DNA of 64,000 nt, from NCBI GenBank assembly GCA_004022145.1, contig RCNU01000004.1; one strand, given 5' to 3'. The translations under genes were made by a program, and so were the position numbers. The notes beneath the pieces are model-generated. The model saw only the letters and a program-made list of their open reading frames with translations, did not search any database and was not told where the DNA came from. This stretch comes from Paecilomyces variotii (lineage: Eukaryota). Below, piece after piece: positions 1 to 12,478 of the stretch; positions within the stretch are counted from its first letter, which is position 1, and every line of letters begins with the position of its first letter.

Positions 1-762
1 ACGCGCTCCAATGAGGAGCTCAACCTGTCTGTCCTCCGCCGGCACGACCCCGCCATCAGCTCGATTCTTTCCCTCGCGCCCTACGCGGTCGTCTACATCT
101 TCAGCCCGTCCACACGACAGTGGGAGAAGAGCGGAATCGAAGGCAGCATGTTCGTCTGCCAGTTGACTCAGGGCGATATCGGCGAGGAACGCTACAGCGT
201 CTTCGTGCTGAACCGACGAGGACTGAACAATTTCGACGTCGACCTCACAGACGGCGAGAACGTCGAAATCACAGACGAATACGTCATTTTGAAAACCGAC
301 GAGACAGATGAGAATGGTGGCGGCGGGAATGAATCCCGTATCTACGGTCTCTGGATCTACTCTGAACCGCCGCCCAACTCGACCGCGGAGACGCGGACAT
401 TGAACGCTCAGGTCATTAAAGAATGTGCTGTCCACGCGGGGCAGAGTTTGAAGCTCGCACACGAGCGACTCGAGATCGAGCGGCAAAACGATATTCATGC
501 CGTTGCTGAGCAAGAGGGCGTATATTCGAGCGTCCCTATGGACCGACAGGTGTCACTCAAGGATCTCTTTGGCCAGCAGAGAGCTCAGGATGACGGCTGG
601 ACTGTTAGGATGCATAGTCCAGGACATGCAGAACCGCCGCAGGGACAGTTCTGGCCGCAACAAATGCAGGTGCCGATGCAGCCAGCACCGACGGGGGATG
701 TACTCGGGGATTTGTTCCGAAGAGCTGGAGTGGCGTATCAGACGGGGCAGCGGACATCATAG
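1..762 (+). CDS. dcp1: mRNA decapping activator Dcp1 (EVH1-like), 5'-truncated by window edge
   Basis: Frame 1 is open from base 1: TRSNEELNLSVLRRHDPAISSILSLAPYAVVYIFSPSTRQWEKSGIEGSMFVC...VLNRRGLNNF...IYGLWI, the typical Dcp1 motifs (LNLxVLxRxDP, WEKxxIEG, NR, IYGLWI). Stop TAG at 760-762. Confidence 0.9.
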   Translation, partial: TRSNEELNLSVLRRHDPAISSILSLAPYAVVYIFSPSTRQWEKSGIEGSMFVCQLTQGDIGEERYSVFVLNRRGLNNFDVDLTDGENVEITDEYVILKTDETDENGGGGNESRIYGLWIYSEPPPNSTAETRTLNAQVIKECAVHAGQSLKLAHERLEIERQNDIHAVAEQEGVYSSVPMDRQVSLKDLFGQQRAQDDGWTVRMHSPGHAEPPQGQFWPQQMQVPMQPAPTGDVLGDLFRRAGVAYQTGQRTS

Positions 763-1009
763 CTTCACATCATATCTCCCGCATGCTTTAGTCTTGGCTT
801 CATCTTTTTTTGTCTTATCCCTTTTTCATATAAAAGAAGAGGACTAACTAGTATTGGGGAACCGGCTTGTAACTTTAGATACCCACTGAAGATGCTCACG
901 AATGAATGAACGAATGAAAAAGATGAAATGCTTTGTTATCGTAGATCTATATATATACAATATAATGCCATATATTGGCAGCATTCCATGTTCCATATCT
1001 CCAAAGTAC

Positions 1010-2450
1010 TCATTCGAGCACAATATCTTTAATAAACCGCGCAACCTTACGCGCCATAATAGGACTATGCCCTACATATAAACATACGTCAGCCCAACCT
1101 TCTAGCAACCCCCACAACAAAGAAAGAGAAGAACCATGGGCCCAAAACTCACGAATACAAAAAGCATGCGGTATGCTATCCTCGCAGACAATCATGGTCG
1201 GACCATCCTTGCTACTACTACCCCCCCTCGACTCGATAATCTCATCGCGGGTACGCTCTGCAACCCAGTGATCGTTACGACCGAAGTAGAAGACGAGTCT
1301 GGATGGTGGCTTTCCTGCTCTGGAGGTGCCCCAGATGTCGTCGCTCCATTTGTCGCTTGTGATAGTGCGCATTTCGTCGGCGGCCATGTGTCTGGTTTTG
1401 ATTAGTTCTTTTTCTCGCTTTGTTCGTGTGCTTTGACAGAAAAGAAGAAGATAAGGGTAGGAAGGAGTAAAACATCGTTGAATGGGAACGAGTACTGGAA
1501 TCAATAAAGAAGATCACACATACAAAGCCTGTCTAACTCCACGCTCACTCTTGAGAAAGCTCAAGGTAGACTCAACGGCACTCGAAGGCGGATTGCCCAT
1601 GACCAGTCGAACCAAAGAGCGAAGAACCCAGTCAGGGAAAACAAAGGCGAGGACCTTGACGACCAGACTGGCGACTAGGGCGAGCTGAGGGATGAAATAG
1701 AGGAGCCACTGGGTGAAGATTCATAGATTAGTACAGCACATGTTATGATTTATCTCCATAGTAACAATATACAAAGCGGGTGTATATACATACCGTCAAC
1801 CTCTTTCCAGCAGCGGACTTTGCAATATCAATCACTGTCGGAAATAGCAGGACTGCGCCGACGATATCGAAGGGTCCTTCTTCTTCTGCTGCTTCACCGT
1901 CACCCATCTTCTCTTCCTCCCGATGTCTCCTCAGGATCTCCATAGCGATATATGCACCGACCGAGTGACCGATCAGAATCACTTTCTGCTTATTCGACTT
2001 CTGTATAGCAGCAGTGGTGCTCCTCGTTGCCCTCCTAGGGTTCATGGGCTCGGGCTCAGAAGAGGCTGAATCTCTCATGAGAGCGTGGAGCTTCTTCTCG
2101 ACGAAATCGATCTGTTCTTCGAGACTATATAAACGTCCCGGAATGAGAGTAGACGGGTCGTTGTTCCCTTTCTTTCCCTTTTTATCTTCTTCTTTCTTGT
2201 CCCCAACATCAAATCCTCCTAAACTGGCTCCATAGATTCGGAATCCGGACGAAAGATCATCGTTCTCTTGTGCGTCTTCTGCTGCCAGCTTCTCCGAAAC
2301 AAGAGATAGGAAATCATGATAATAAGAAATCAAGCCCGGATTTCCCGAAATGAAGAAAACAGTCGTCGGTACATCTGTCTTTGATGATGACGAGGTGCTG
2401 CTGCTCTTCGTTGAGCTGAGGAATAGATTGGGTGTGATCTGCGTTGTCAT
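1010..2450 (-). CDS. Lipid droplet-associated alpha/beta hydrolase (DUF2305/LDAH-like), 4 exons
   Basis: Motifs FFISGNPGLISYYHDFL, YSLEEQI, nucleophile GHSVG, LLFPTV, YFGRNDHWV and PHAFCI. Three GT-AG introns at about 1793-1709, 1523-1392 and 1152-1072 join these into one frame. Confidence 0.85.
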
Positions 2451-3679
2451 TGTGTTGTTTTGATCGATATGATATCAATGGGGAGAAAGGAAACAGGACT
2501 AGTATCAAATATTAAATGGGAAACAAATCATACAACTAGCTCTTGTCTATGTATAGGGGAAAGCCAATGGGGATACCTATCTTATCGGTTAGATGTACAC
2601 CCAGGCGGACTGGAGGGAAGAGCGAGATGTTGTTGGATGGCAAAAGCTCAATGCGCTGGCTGAGAGTTCATATTGCAGACAGAAACGTTTATTGTACAAA
2701 TTGGGCGTTTTTCTCTGCAGGGCATCTATATGCAAGAGACGAAAGGTAACAGTAGTAATCGTTCCTCGGTAGGTTTCTTTTGGACCGAAGTCACGCGCGA
2801 GACCGGCATCCGGGCAGCTCCACTCAGGCGGAATGACCGAACTCGACCTGGTTATGTCCTGTAGACTCAGGCTATGATTCTACTACTCATGGTGTTACGA
2901 CGCAGGAAACAGTTACTGGGACCCGTGAGTCGCTACGGGAAAGGGCACAGTCTCAAGAATATCAAACACCCCGACTTTGATTCATCATATGCAGAGTTTT
3001 AATGCGTCCCATCACGTAAGTCACTCCGACTCCCTTCCCAACCAGCTCCCCAAACCCCATGGAAAACGAGAATGCGACGACCACGACGGAGACGACAGGC
3101 CACAGCCCGACCCAGTCAGCAACACCAGTATCTTACCAGCAGTAGCATCAAGACTCCCGCCGTAAGCCCTACGGCCCCTTATGTACGCCAGATTCCAGCC
3201 GATTTCCGACCATCCTCAAGCGGGATCACAATTAGATCCCAACCATGGAGGGTGGACGGAGAAATGTAAACCAGTAAAAGAGACCGAGGACTTTCAGAAT
3301 AAAATAACAATCGAGAAGAAAAGGCACAGGCATGGCATGGCAAAAGAGGCTGGTAGGAGCCAGACGCTCGACAGCGGACCAAGGGCAATAGTCTAAGAAA
3401 CGATAGGGCTAAGACAACAAGGCACTCAAAATCACAACCCCAATGATGAATGTACAACGGGAAGCAGGCATCGGTGGCAGCTGGGCTCAAAGGGTAAAAG
3501 CAACGAACACAAGCATAACGCCCGAAGCCGTCACCACGCGCCATCTGGTATCTTAGGATGAGCAGGAGTAAAGCAAGACAGAAACTTGAAGTTCTCGCAA
3601 CACCGGAAACAATATATTAAGGGTGTTGTTTCAGACAGGGAGGCAGCCAACAGAGTAGGTATTAGTTTACCAGGCCTTA

Positions 3680-6600
3680 TCAGCCGGTAACCACACGCCG
3701 GCCTTCAGTAGTGTTTTCCTTTCCCTGTGTATCGCCTGCTTCGGCTTGGTCCTTGTCCGGCGTAGACGCTTTATTCCGCGATTGGCCGAGATTGATGGCT
3801 ATCTTTCTGGGCGCCGTGTTGCTTATAGATTGCTCGTTGGACGATACTCCTCTATCCTCGACCGTGATCGATCCAGTCGAAAAGCTCTTCCTTCGCCGCA
3901 AAAATCCGGAGCTGCCAATTGATGACGCACTTGAGCTGCGTCGCTTTGGACCAGATGATAGCTTGACCAGTTCGTCGTCTTCTTCATCTTGGCGACGACG
4001 CTTCTCCGAGATCCTCTCAGGTGGAGTCTGGGGAGGAGTTGAAACGGGGGTCACAGGAGCTTCGGACGAAGCCGCTAACTCCTTAGAGGCCGCTGTCGTC
4101 GGCGCCTGTTTCTCTTCGCTTGGTTCTGTTTTCGTGTCCATAACTTCATCATCGTCATCGGGATAGTCGACAAGGGGCTTCACAATAGGCGAGGCGGAGC
4201 CATTCGCAGGCTGGCCGGCGACAATAGCTCCTGGCTGATTCTCCTGTTGCCACTGAAAAGTTAGCCCATTTCCTTCAGAAACCACAGAGCCGTATGCATT
4301 ATAGGGATATCCTACTTCTTCCTCGTCGTCTGAAGTATTGAAGTATGCCTCCTCTGCAGCGTCCATCTCCCGGACGCCCTGCCAGCGTTGGCCATTGATC
4401 TGACTGCGCTGGGATGATGTCCCCTCATCATGACTGAATAACGAGGAATCACCCTCTGCGCCGTAGCCTTGCATCTGTTCGTAGCGGACTATAAGGTTCT
4501 GGAACGTGTCCACATAGGTGATGTTGTTGAGTTTGTCTCGGTATTTCTCAACGACGTGAAGAATAATAGGCTTGATGTTTTCTCTCTTGACGTATTCGAA
4601 CAGTTCCAAGCAGGCGGAATTCAGAAGATTATCACGGGGCATCGTTTCATAGACGATATTTAGGATTAATCCAAAGGTGTTGTTATGGGTCATTTGCGCC
4701 TGATAGAAGGTGTCTTGGAGGCTGACCAAGGTACGGAAGAATTTGAGGGCAGCTTCACCCACGTTAGTCATGTTCCCTCGAGTACAGAACATTGGATCAA
4801 CTTACTCAGTTTGAGGTGCTTCTGCGGCACAGTCAAGAGCTGTGCAACGCGGGGAGACAGGGCTTCTTCATGGATGAAATTTCTGCTCCGGAATAGATGC
4901 TGGCGAACGAAGAAAGTGAGGATATCAACAAGATGCGAATAAAGTGAGACTTCTTGGAACGTGAGGTCGTTAACTGTATTGCAACCTTGTCAGTCAATTA
5001 TATCCCCTGCTAGCTTTCTGAGAACAAATCAAACATACAGTTGGTGCGAGTTTCAAGCCGCTTCAAAGGCGAAAACAACTTCTTAGCAGATTCGTCAAAA
5101 TAATTTTGCACAAAGGCGTCTGGAATCGGATTTGAAGGACGCAGCTTCGCTAGGAAATCAGAGCCTGTCCTGCTCATCGGGTCCTGAGGAGGAATCTGAG
5201 GGTCAAGCAGAACCTTGATAGCATCTGCTAGCTGGTTTTTGACGCCGAGATCCGTCTCCATATGAAGCAGTTCGATCAAGGTATCCGTGAGTGGCGTCTT
5301 CTTCTCGTTCACAGCCTTCAACATGTAACCACGCATCATAATCGGATCGTGATCAAGCAGCGCTACCAGGATATCAATCCCAGTCGTGCGCATCGCGGGA
5401 TTCGGGTGCTTCACTGCGAAAGCGATGACCGCGAACAATCCATGACTTATGAAGTTGGCGAAGAGTGTCGCACGCGCCGCCGCCTGCAAGTTCTTCGCAA
5501 TTGAGGCACATTGATGCAGGAATTGCACGGCATCGTCTTTCCGTTTCGCATCACTGTTTCGCGGATCGAACACCGAGAAGAGTTCTTTGAGAAAGAGTCC
5601 GTTGGACTGAATATGATTCACAATGTCGACTTGGTTGAAGAAAATCAGAGAGTTTAGAACGGAAAATGTCGGATCGTCCAATATCCGAGCCAACACGACA
5701 TCTTTCAAATATTGCAATCGCCATGTATGTCGGATCTTCCTTCGGATGGCGGGATCTTTGATCGGAACCACTTCTCTGAACCGGGACTGGTCTGACAGAT
5801 ATTGCCGGTGATTTGCTTTGTGAGCGGGGAAATCAGGGTCGTCTATGGCCATCAGCAGTCAGAAACAAAGTGTGGTCGTAGACGAGTATGCCAACTTACA
5901 CTCCAGGGCCCCGACCACCCCCAAGATGATATCGTCCGCCACGACTGTCTCGATTATGGTGTTGTCGTTCAGCAAGATCAGAGCTTTCATGATATTGCAT
6001 AGCCGATGAAGATCTATGAGACTCTCCAAGTCCTCTGCGACGGTCACCAGGGGTACCAGCTTCGGAACGTAGTCGTCACGGATGATGAATTTGGATAAGG
6101 CGTCCCGGCCAGCTTGCGAGACACTGGCTACTCTCATCATATGTTCGATTTCTGGAAGATTTCCCAGTTCAGGCGGCGGAAGCATGGTCGGGTTGAAGTG
6201 ATCTAGAGCATCGTCGGACAGGGCATCATCTGAGACGGGCGTTCCAATATCAGTCTCCCAAAAGCAGATCCTCTAAGGGTAGCATTATAGCATTTAAACC
6301 AGAGCTAGATACTGACCTGCTCCTGCTATGGCCAGAAGATGATGCTGCACGCTATTCACGAAATCCCTTCACGGAAACATAGACGGTCAGTGTATGTCTC
6401 AACACGTAACGCGGGTGACCCAAGAGCCTCACCAGATGGCTGCGCAACCTTCTGCCTCCTGAAAACTCAATGCCATATCAGTGCCATTGGGCTCCGTCCA
6501 CACGATCAGAGTTTCTGTTGTCATCACAAAGAAATCAGCGATCCACTGCCGCGATAGTCTCAACCCCATCCCAACGACGGACCTTGTTGCTTCTGATACG

Positions 6601-6934
6601 AATCATCTTTGGTGATCCTGGTCTCCAGGAGCATCCGCTCCGGCTGGTCTTCCGACTCGACGAATATCCGGGGTTCATCCTGCCAGAGAGATGGTGGTTA
6701 GCAGAGGGCTGGCGATGAGGCTGATGGACGGCGCGAAACGCCCGTCGCAGGATCCCGCAACCTGGCGCCAAAGCGCAAAGAGGCCAGCTGCGCGTTCATC
6801 ACGATCGCATCGAGACTTACATCGAGAATCTGGCCGGTACAGAAACCGGTTCCCCTGTCGAACCAGTCATTATCTCTGAGCTCGTATACCTTGACCCGCT
6901 TCCGATCGTTGGGCGGCGCGACGGCCAGAGCCAT
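3680..6934 (-). CDS. psy2: Protein phosphatase 4 regulatory subunit 3 (Psy2/SMEK, EVH1 + SMK-1/DUF625), multi-exon
   Basis: N-terminus RKRVKVYELRDNDWFDRGTGFC; YQKQQETLIVW; LSFQEAEGC; LEYDPDFP; RLQYLKDVVLAR; PRDNLLNSACLELFEY; LVDYPDDD. The ORF-track fragments are joined by GT-AG introns. Confidence 0.92.
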
Positions 6935-9279
6935 TGTACGGGGAAAGGGAGAGGCGGTCTCGTCACTCCGGGACACCTCTTCGCGAGTGTACCGGCGCGA
7001 GGAGAGCCGCAACGCAGCCGAAAGAATCCAGGATTCTTCAAAAGAAGCTTCCTTTTTTTGTGTATTTTTTCTTCTTCGATATGCGCACGGGCAGGCAGAG
7101 GGGCGCGGCAGGTATGAGTCGGGAAGATGATGATCCTGGCGTCGGTCCGGCCACCTGACGCCTCGGCAGTCGACGCTGTTTAGCTAGTTCCTAGACGCGC
7201 AGAAATTTGACGAGGTACACGCGACCGGGAGAGCCAGCGATTCGTTTAACTAGCCACACGCGGGGAAGAAGATTTGGGGGAGGCAACACGATCGGACTGG
7301 GGTTGAAGAACACCACCACCGAAAGTACGATGGGAAAAGATCGCGGCAGGATGGAAGATTCGCACAGAGTCCCGATCAGGACGAGACCAAACGAGACGAG
7401 ACGCAGCAGTTTTTTTCTTTGGCGGCACATGAGGCTGAGATGACGTGCATCCACAGAGGTTCGTTGGGCTCTACTCTATGGGGCTTAGAGTCGAGGCTTT
7501 CGTGCTTGAGCTTACCTGGTCTCTGTCTTTAGTTAGTTAGTTAGCGAAAAAAGGGGGCGTCTTCCAGCTCTGGTTCGGTCTGGAGCTGCCGTGGACGATC
7601 TGAAAGCTAGATGTCCCAAAGTCTACCGCCGCAGGTACCACCACGCTTGTTCATCAGATAATCGTCATGTTCGTCGTGCTCTGGATACTGCCAGATGACT
7701 TTGATGTCCTCATTAAACCACTACTACTACTAGTCTGTGGTACAGTACAGCCACTACTACGGGCTGATTCCATCCGATTCTCGCTGCCATGTCGATCTAT
7801 GAGCTTGCAGACTGCTCTTCCCTTCAAGATGACGGTGCCTACATCATCCGAGATCGATTACACTGGCGAAATATAAGACCCATTAGCCAAAAGCCGCTTA
7901 AAACACACTCGAGATCCATTATTATTGATGCACCTACGGCAAGGTGCATAGCGTATGTCCGCCTTCTCTCCTTTCCTCCGTGGGTCATACCCGGGAACAG
8001 AGTATGGCACAAGCGTGGCCAGTGGAGCCCCCATAGCATTCGCATACCATACTCTTATCGTTTCGCAGTGCGCACAGTAAGTTAAAACCCTCGATTTGGA
8101 AAGGTTGAACTTGTGGCTCTGCAGTGGTCTCTCCAGGTCCAGGGCCTTGGTATTCCATAAATAGCATCATACCGATCGCAAGTTCTAAGACTCCTTGGAG
8201 AAGGCATATCATATCGTCCACGCTCAATTATGGTGTACTCACCAACCTTGGATGGTGACTGAATCCGTGGTATTTGCTCTGGGTTGACATGATATCATGG
8301 CGGCCCAATAGTTCTAGGTACTCACCTTCGGCGGCGCTGATCGAGCGCATACCAACAAATGAGGGGTCCCATGTGACGACATCGCTGACAACCGATATGG
8401 CAAAAATTCGCAGGATCGGCAGAGCTGCTATTATGATATATAAGTAGCCTTGCCCTTCATAACTGTGATGTTGCTGGAGGAGATCGATGGCAACCTATTA
8501 ATAGCACTATTTTCATTATCTAGACACGATATACAGGACTGTCCTGGGGCCTTGTACAGAGCATATATTGCTATTCGCGTACCCTTCTCCCCGTACAGGT
8601 AAACTCTATACTCGTTTCTGGGTGGATGTTATCGCTGGCATCCGATCGTCCTGTCGCGAGAGATAGTTAACATGCGATTTGGGGTTGGGCTTCTTAGTTC
8701 TAGGACATGTCCTGTAGGGGTCAGGACAGACAGGAGCCACCATGGAATGTCTTGATGAGGAACTCCCAACTAGTTATATGTTATGATCAAATATGCTCCG
8801 ACTATAGATGTTCACACCATGAACCATCATCCCACGCATACTCTTAACTATACCAAGAAGAATATATTCGATCAGCCCGTCTAGACCATCACGGCTATCC
8901 CCGCTGGTGGGCCGTCCGTCCTAAGATAGCAGCGCTGATTGGCTAGTTGCCACGAGATCGGGGCCCCCGCCAAGCCGGGGCTGCCTTATCGATACGGCTC
9001 CATCGTCCCGATCGGGAAAGGTAACATCGGCCATCTTCCATCTTTTTTCGCGCCTGGAAAGGCCCCGTGCGCCCAGTCGCTTTCTTTTCAGGTCAATTCT
9101 TCCATCTGATTTTTCTTCCTGACGATTGTTGCTGGCGAACTTTCAAATCTCGCTCCCAGAAAGAAGGACGACTCCTCCAAGGGCGAGCGCCGGGGTGGAC
9201 CTGTCCTTGTATACAGCTCCCCATTTCAGCCCTGCCCCCCCCCCTCACCCGTGCGAGCCCCTCATTTACTAGCGACACC

Positions 9280-10723
9280 ATGTTCGGTAAACAAGACGAC
9301 ATTACGGTCCAGGAACAGCCCACAGATCAGAAGAATGTTGCTTCTTCGGAGATATCGCCTGTTCAGCCGTCTGAAGGAGCCGCCGCTGGGAATGGCAATG
9401 GTCAGAATGTATCAGAGGTGCCCGCAGCGGACATCATTGATACCAAAAAGAAAGGGTTCCTCTCGTACTTTACAACAAAAGAATTCTATATAATTCTCAT
9501 TTTGGGGTAACTATTTCTTTACATTTCTTGATATTCCTCGAAGACCGTCCGGGTTATACTAATGGCTAATGCTTCCTCTCTTGGTGAACTACAGACAGAC
9601 TCTGGCAATCACAAACACCGCTACCAGCACATTGACTACCCTTCTTGGAAATGAGGGAACATCTATCCCTGCGTTTCAGACATTCTTCAATTATGTTCTG
9701 CTGAATATAATCTTTACTCCATATACCATCTACCGTTACGGCATCAAGCGCTGGCTCCGCCTCGTGCTCAAGGACGGCTGGAAATGTAAGATTGAATCCC
9801 CCTCTCCACTGCGGATTACGGCGCGCTATGCCAATGGCAGAATTTCCCCTGTGACAATATACCCTTTTCGTTTCGATTCCCTCATGCTGACGTTACGTGA
9901 CACAGACATTATCTTTGCCTTCTTCGACGTCGAAGGTAACTACTTTATAGTTCTGGCCTATCGTTACACAACCATTCTCAGCGCCCAATTGATCAACTTC
10001 TGGGCCATCGTCGTGGTCGTGGTCGTCTCCTTCCTTTTCCTGCACGTGCGCTACCATTGGGCGCAAATCGGTGGTATCTTAATCTGTATCGGCGGCATGG
10101 GCATCCTCATCGCTTCCGACCACATCACGGGTTCCAACGGCGGTGACTACTCCAAAGGCGACCAGGTTAAGGGAGACTTGTTCGCTCTGCTAGCTGCCAC
10201 TATGTACGGTCTTTCCAACACAACGGAAGAATACTTCGTTAGCACACGACCGATGTACGAAGTGATAGGCCAACTCTCCTTCTTCGGCATGATCATCATG
10301 GGCGCCCAGGCCGGTATCTTCGACCGCCAGTCCTTCCGCGATGCAGTCTGGAACGGCAAAGTCGGCGGCTACTTGACCGGTTACACGCTCTGTCTTTCAC
10401 TCTTCTACATCCTCGCTCCCATCATGTACCGTCTCTCCTCGGCGGCCTTTTTCAACATCTCTCTCCTAACGGGTAACTTCTGGAACGTCTGCATCGGGAT
10501 CAAAGTCTTCCACTACAGCGTACACTGGATGTACCCTATCGCCTTCGTCCTCATCATCATCGGCCAGATCATCTACTATCTCGGCCGCACCGTGTTGGGA
10601 GAAGCGCGTAAGCCCTGGCTAGGCCGCAACCAGGAGAAAGGTGTCTCCGGCATCTTCACAGCAAGAAGGAAGATTGATACTGAAATCCCTCACGAGCGCA
10701 GAGCATCAATTAGTCCTGCGTGA
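9280..10723 (+). CDS. Solute carrier family 35F (DUF914) multi-pass transporter, 3 exons
   Basis: About 10 hydrophobic segments; SIPAFQTFFNY, DVEGNYFIVLAYRYTTILSAQL, GDLFALL and SSAAFFNISLLT motifs. Introns at about 9507-9593 and 9786-9905. Confidence 0.85.
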
Positions 10724-10915
10724 AGCGAGGGGATATCTCCAAAAGAAACTCTTCGCTTTTTCTTCACTAAGACTTGATGATGAATATTTACGCATACGTA
10801 TACGAATATAAGGACACTTCGGAGACGGGAAAAAAAGCAAAGAAAGAAAGAAAGGGAAGGCGGGGTTCAGTACACAAGAACCGCATATATAACTAATTCA
10901 CTGAGAGAGAAGGGG

Positions 10916-10935
10916 AAAAAAAAAAAAAAAAAAAA
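10916..10935 (+). repeat. A20 homopolymer (a C12 run follows at 11029-11040)
   Basis: Seen directly, downstream of the SLC35F gene. Confidence 0.9.
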
Positions 10936-12478
10936 CGATTCTTTTTGTATGACCATAGGAAAATGATTATATCCTCTGATAATCCACCTTAAAAAGAAAG
11001 ACTAGAATACCCTTTCCACTAATCAATACCCCCCCCCCCCTTCCCGACGGGTTAATATTAAAGAGTTAGTGCACAAATCCCATCCCACAGATAACACAGT
11101 AGTAGTTAATTAGCACTTCTGATTACTATCGCTCGAATAAATAAAGGACCAACAGGTACTATTTATTTAATAATAAAAACTTCCCATCTACATAAGACCG
11201 TGTTGGCGGGGTGGTCCATATTGGGTCCGTGCGAGAAAGGACAGAGAGTCGAGATATGAATAACAGTGACTAGACTAGTCAGCTAGTAACTAGTATAAAA
11301 GGCATGTGTATACGAGAAGGGTCTATAGTACTCCCATGCACTTTCTCGGATTGTACTGTTGTCATTTATATGCTTTTATCGTGAAATGTGCAAATTGATA
11401 ATCAATGGCGGAAGTAACCATGTTTTTTAGACAAATTTTATAGAGTATGCTATGTTACCTAAAGCAGTACAAGTTCGTGTTCTCGAAAGATTTGGATGGG
11501 TGGGAATCAATCAATCGCTTTTCGTGTGACATAATTCATACCGAGTGTGGGGTTCACATTCAAGCTCAAAAGGCAGTGTACAGATCATATCAGCCGTGAC
11601 ATGGAAACAAATGACCTGGGGCCAAGTGGAAAAACGCAACCTACAGAAGCCCATAACACCTTACACTGCTTCAGGAGACATCGACGATATCATGGTCAAT
11701 GATGAAGTATTGGAGAACGGACGGATAAGAAACCAGGCATAACGAATCCTTCAGTATAAGAGGGGATGAGGATGGTCCTCTTAGGAAAGATAAGAGGTCA
11801 AAGAAAATGACGAATATGGGAAATGGATATATGATGAATATGACAATGGGAAAAAAGGCAGATAAATATTCCAGATCACAGACTCCCGTAACTCTTCCTT
11901 TGCCTTGCCTGTAACAGTACCCAGTTCCAATGCCCACCACCGCTTTAAAACCTTTTTTTTCGATCCCAAACCTTTGGTAACTTAAAAGGTTTCACAGACG
12001 CGCACAAGAACGTGAGGAAGACAAGAGACAAGACACAAAAATACTAACACCCCAAATGAAAAGCAGATAAAGAGCCCCGTGGATAAACCCTGGACCTCAA
12101 GCCGTGACAAGAAAAAACACATGCACAATCCGAGCCCATCCAATCCCAACAAGGCTGGAGACACCGAAAGATCGAAGCGACACACAGGGGAATGAGGACG
12201 TTTCACCAATACACCTTCGACGTAAGAGGGATACCGACTCCGGGAACCAGCAAGCCAACCAAGCCAACGAGTCAAAAAGAAAAACCAACCGTGCACCGAG
12301 TATTTCCACATATCGATCAGACCAACTGGAATGCGCAGGATGGACGTCCGCCACTATCCAATTTTATGTACCTCCATGTTCTCCGGAGAGATTGAAAAAA
12401 AGAAAAGACCTGTTCTCTCAACGCCACGACATTTGGACTGAAGATGAAACTCAGATTTAACGTAGCAAGAGACCCTTT

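Noticed and set aside
10945..10965. 5S rRNA-like start (TATGACCATAGG)
   Set aside because: The similarity stops after about 12 nt and there are no internal 5S features.
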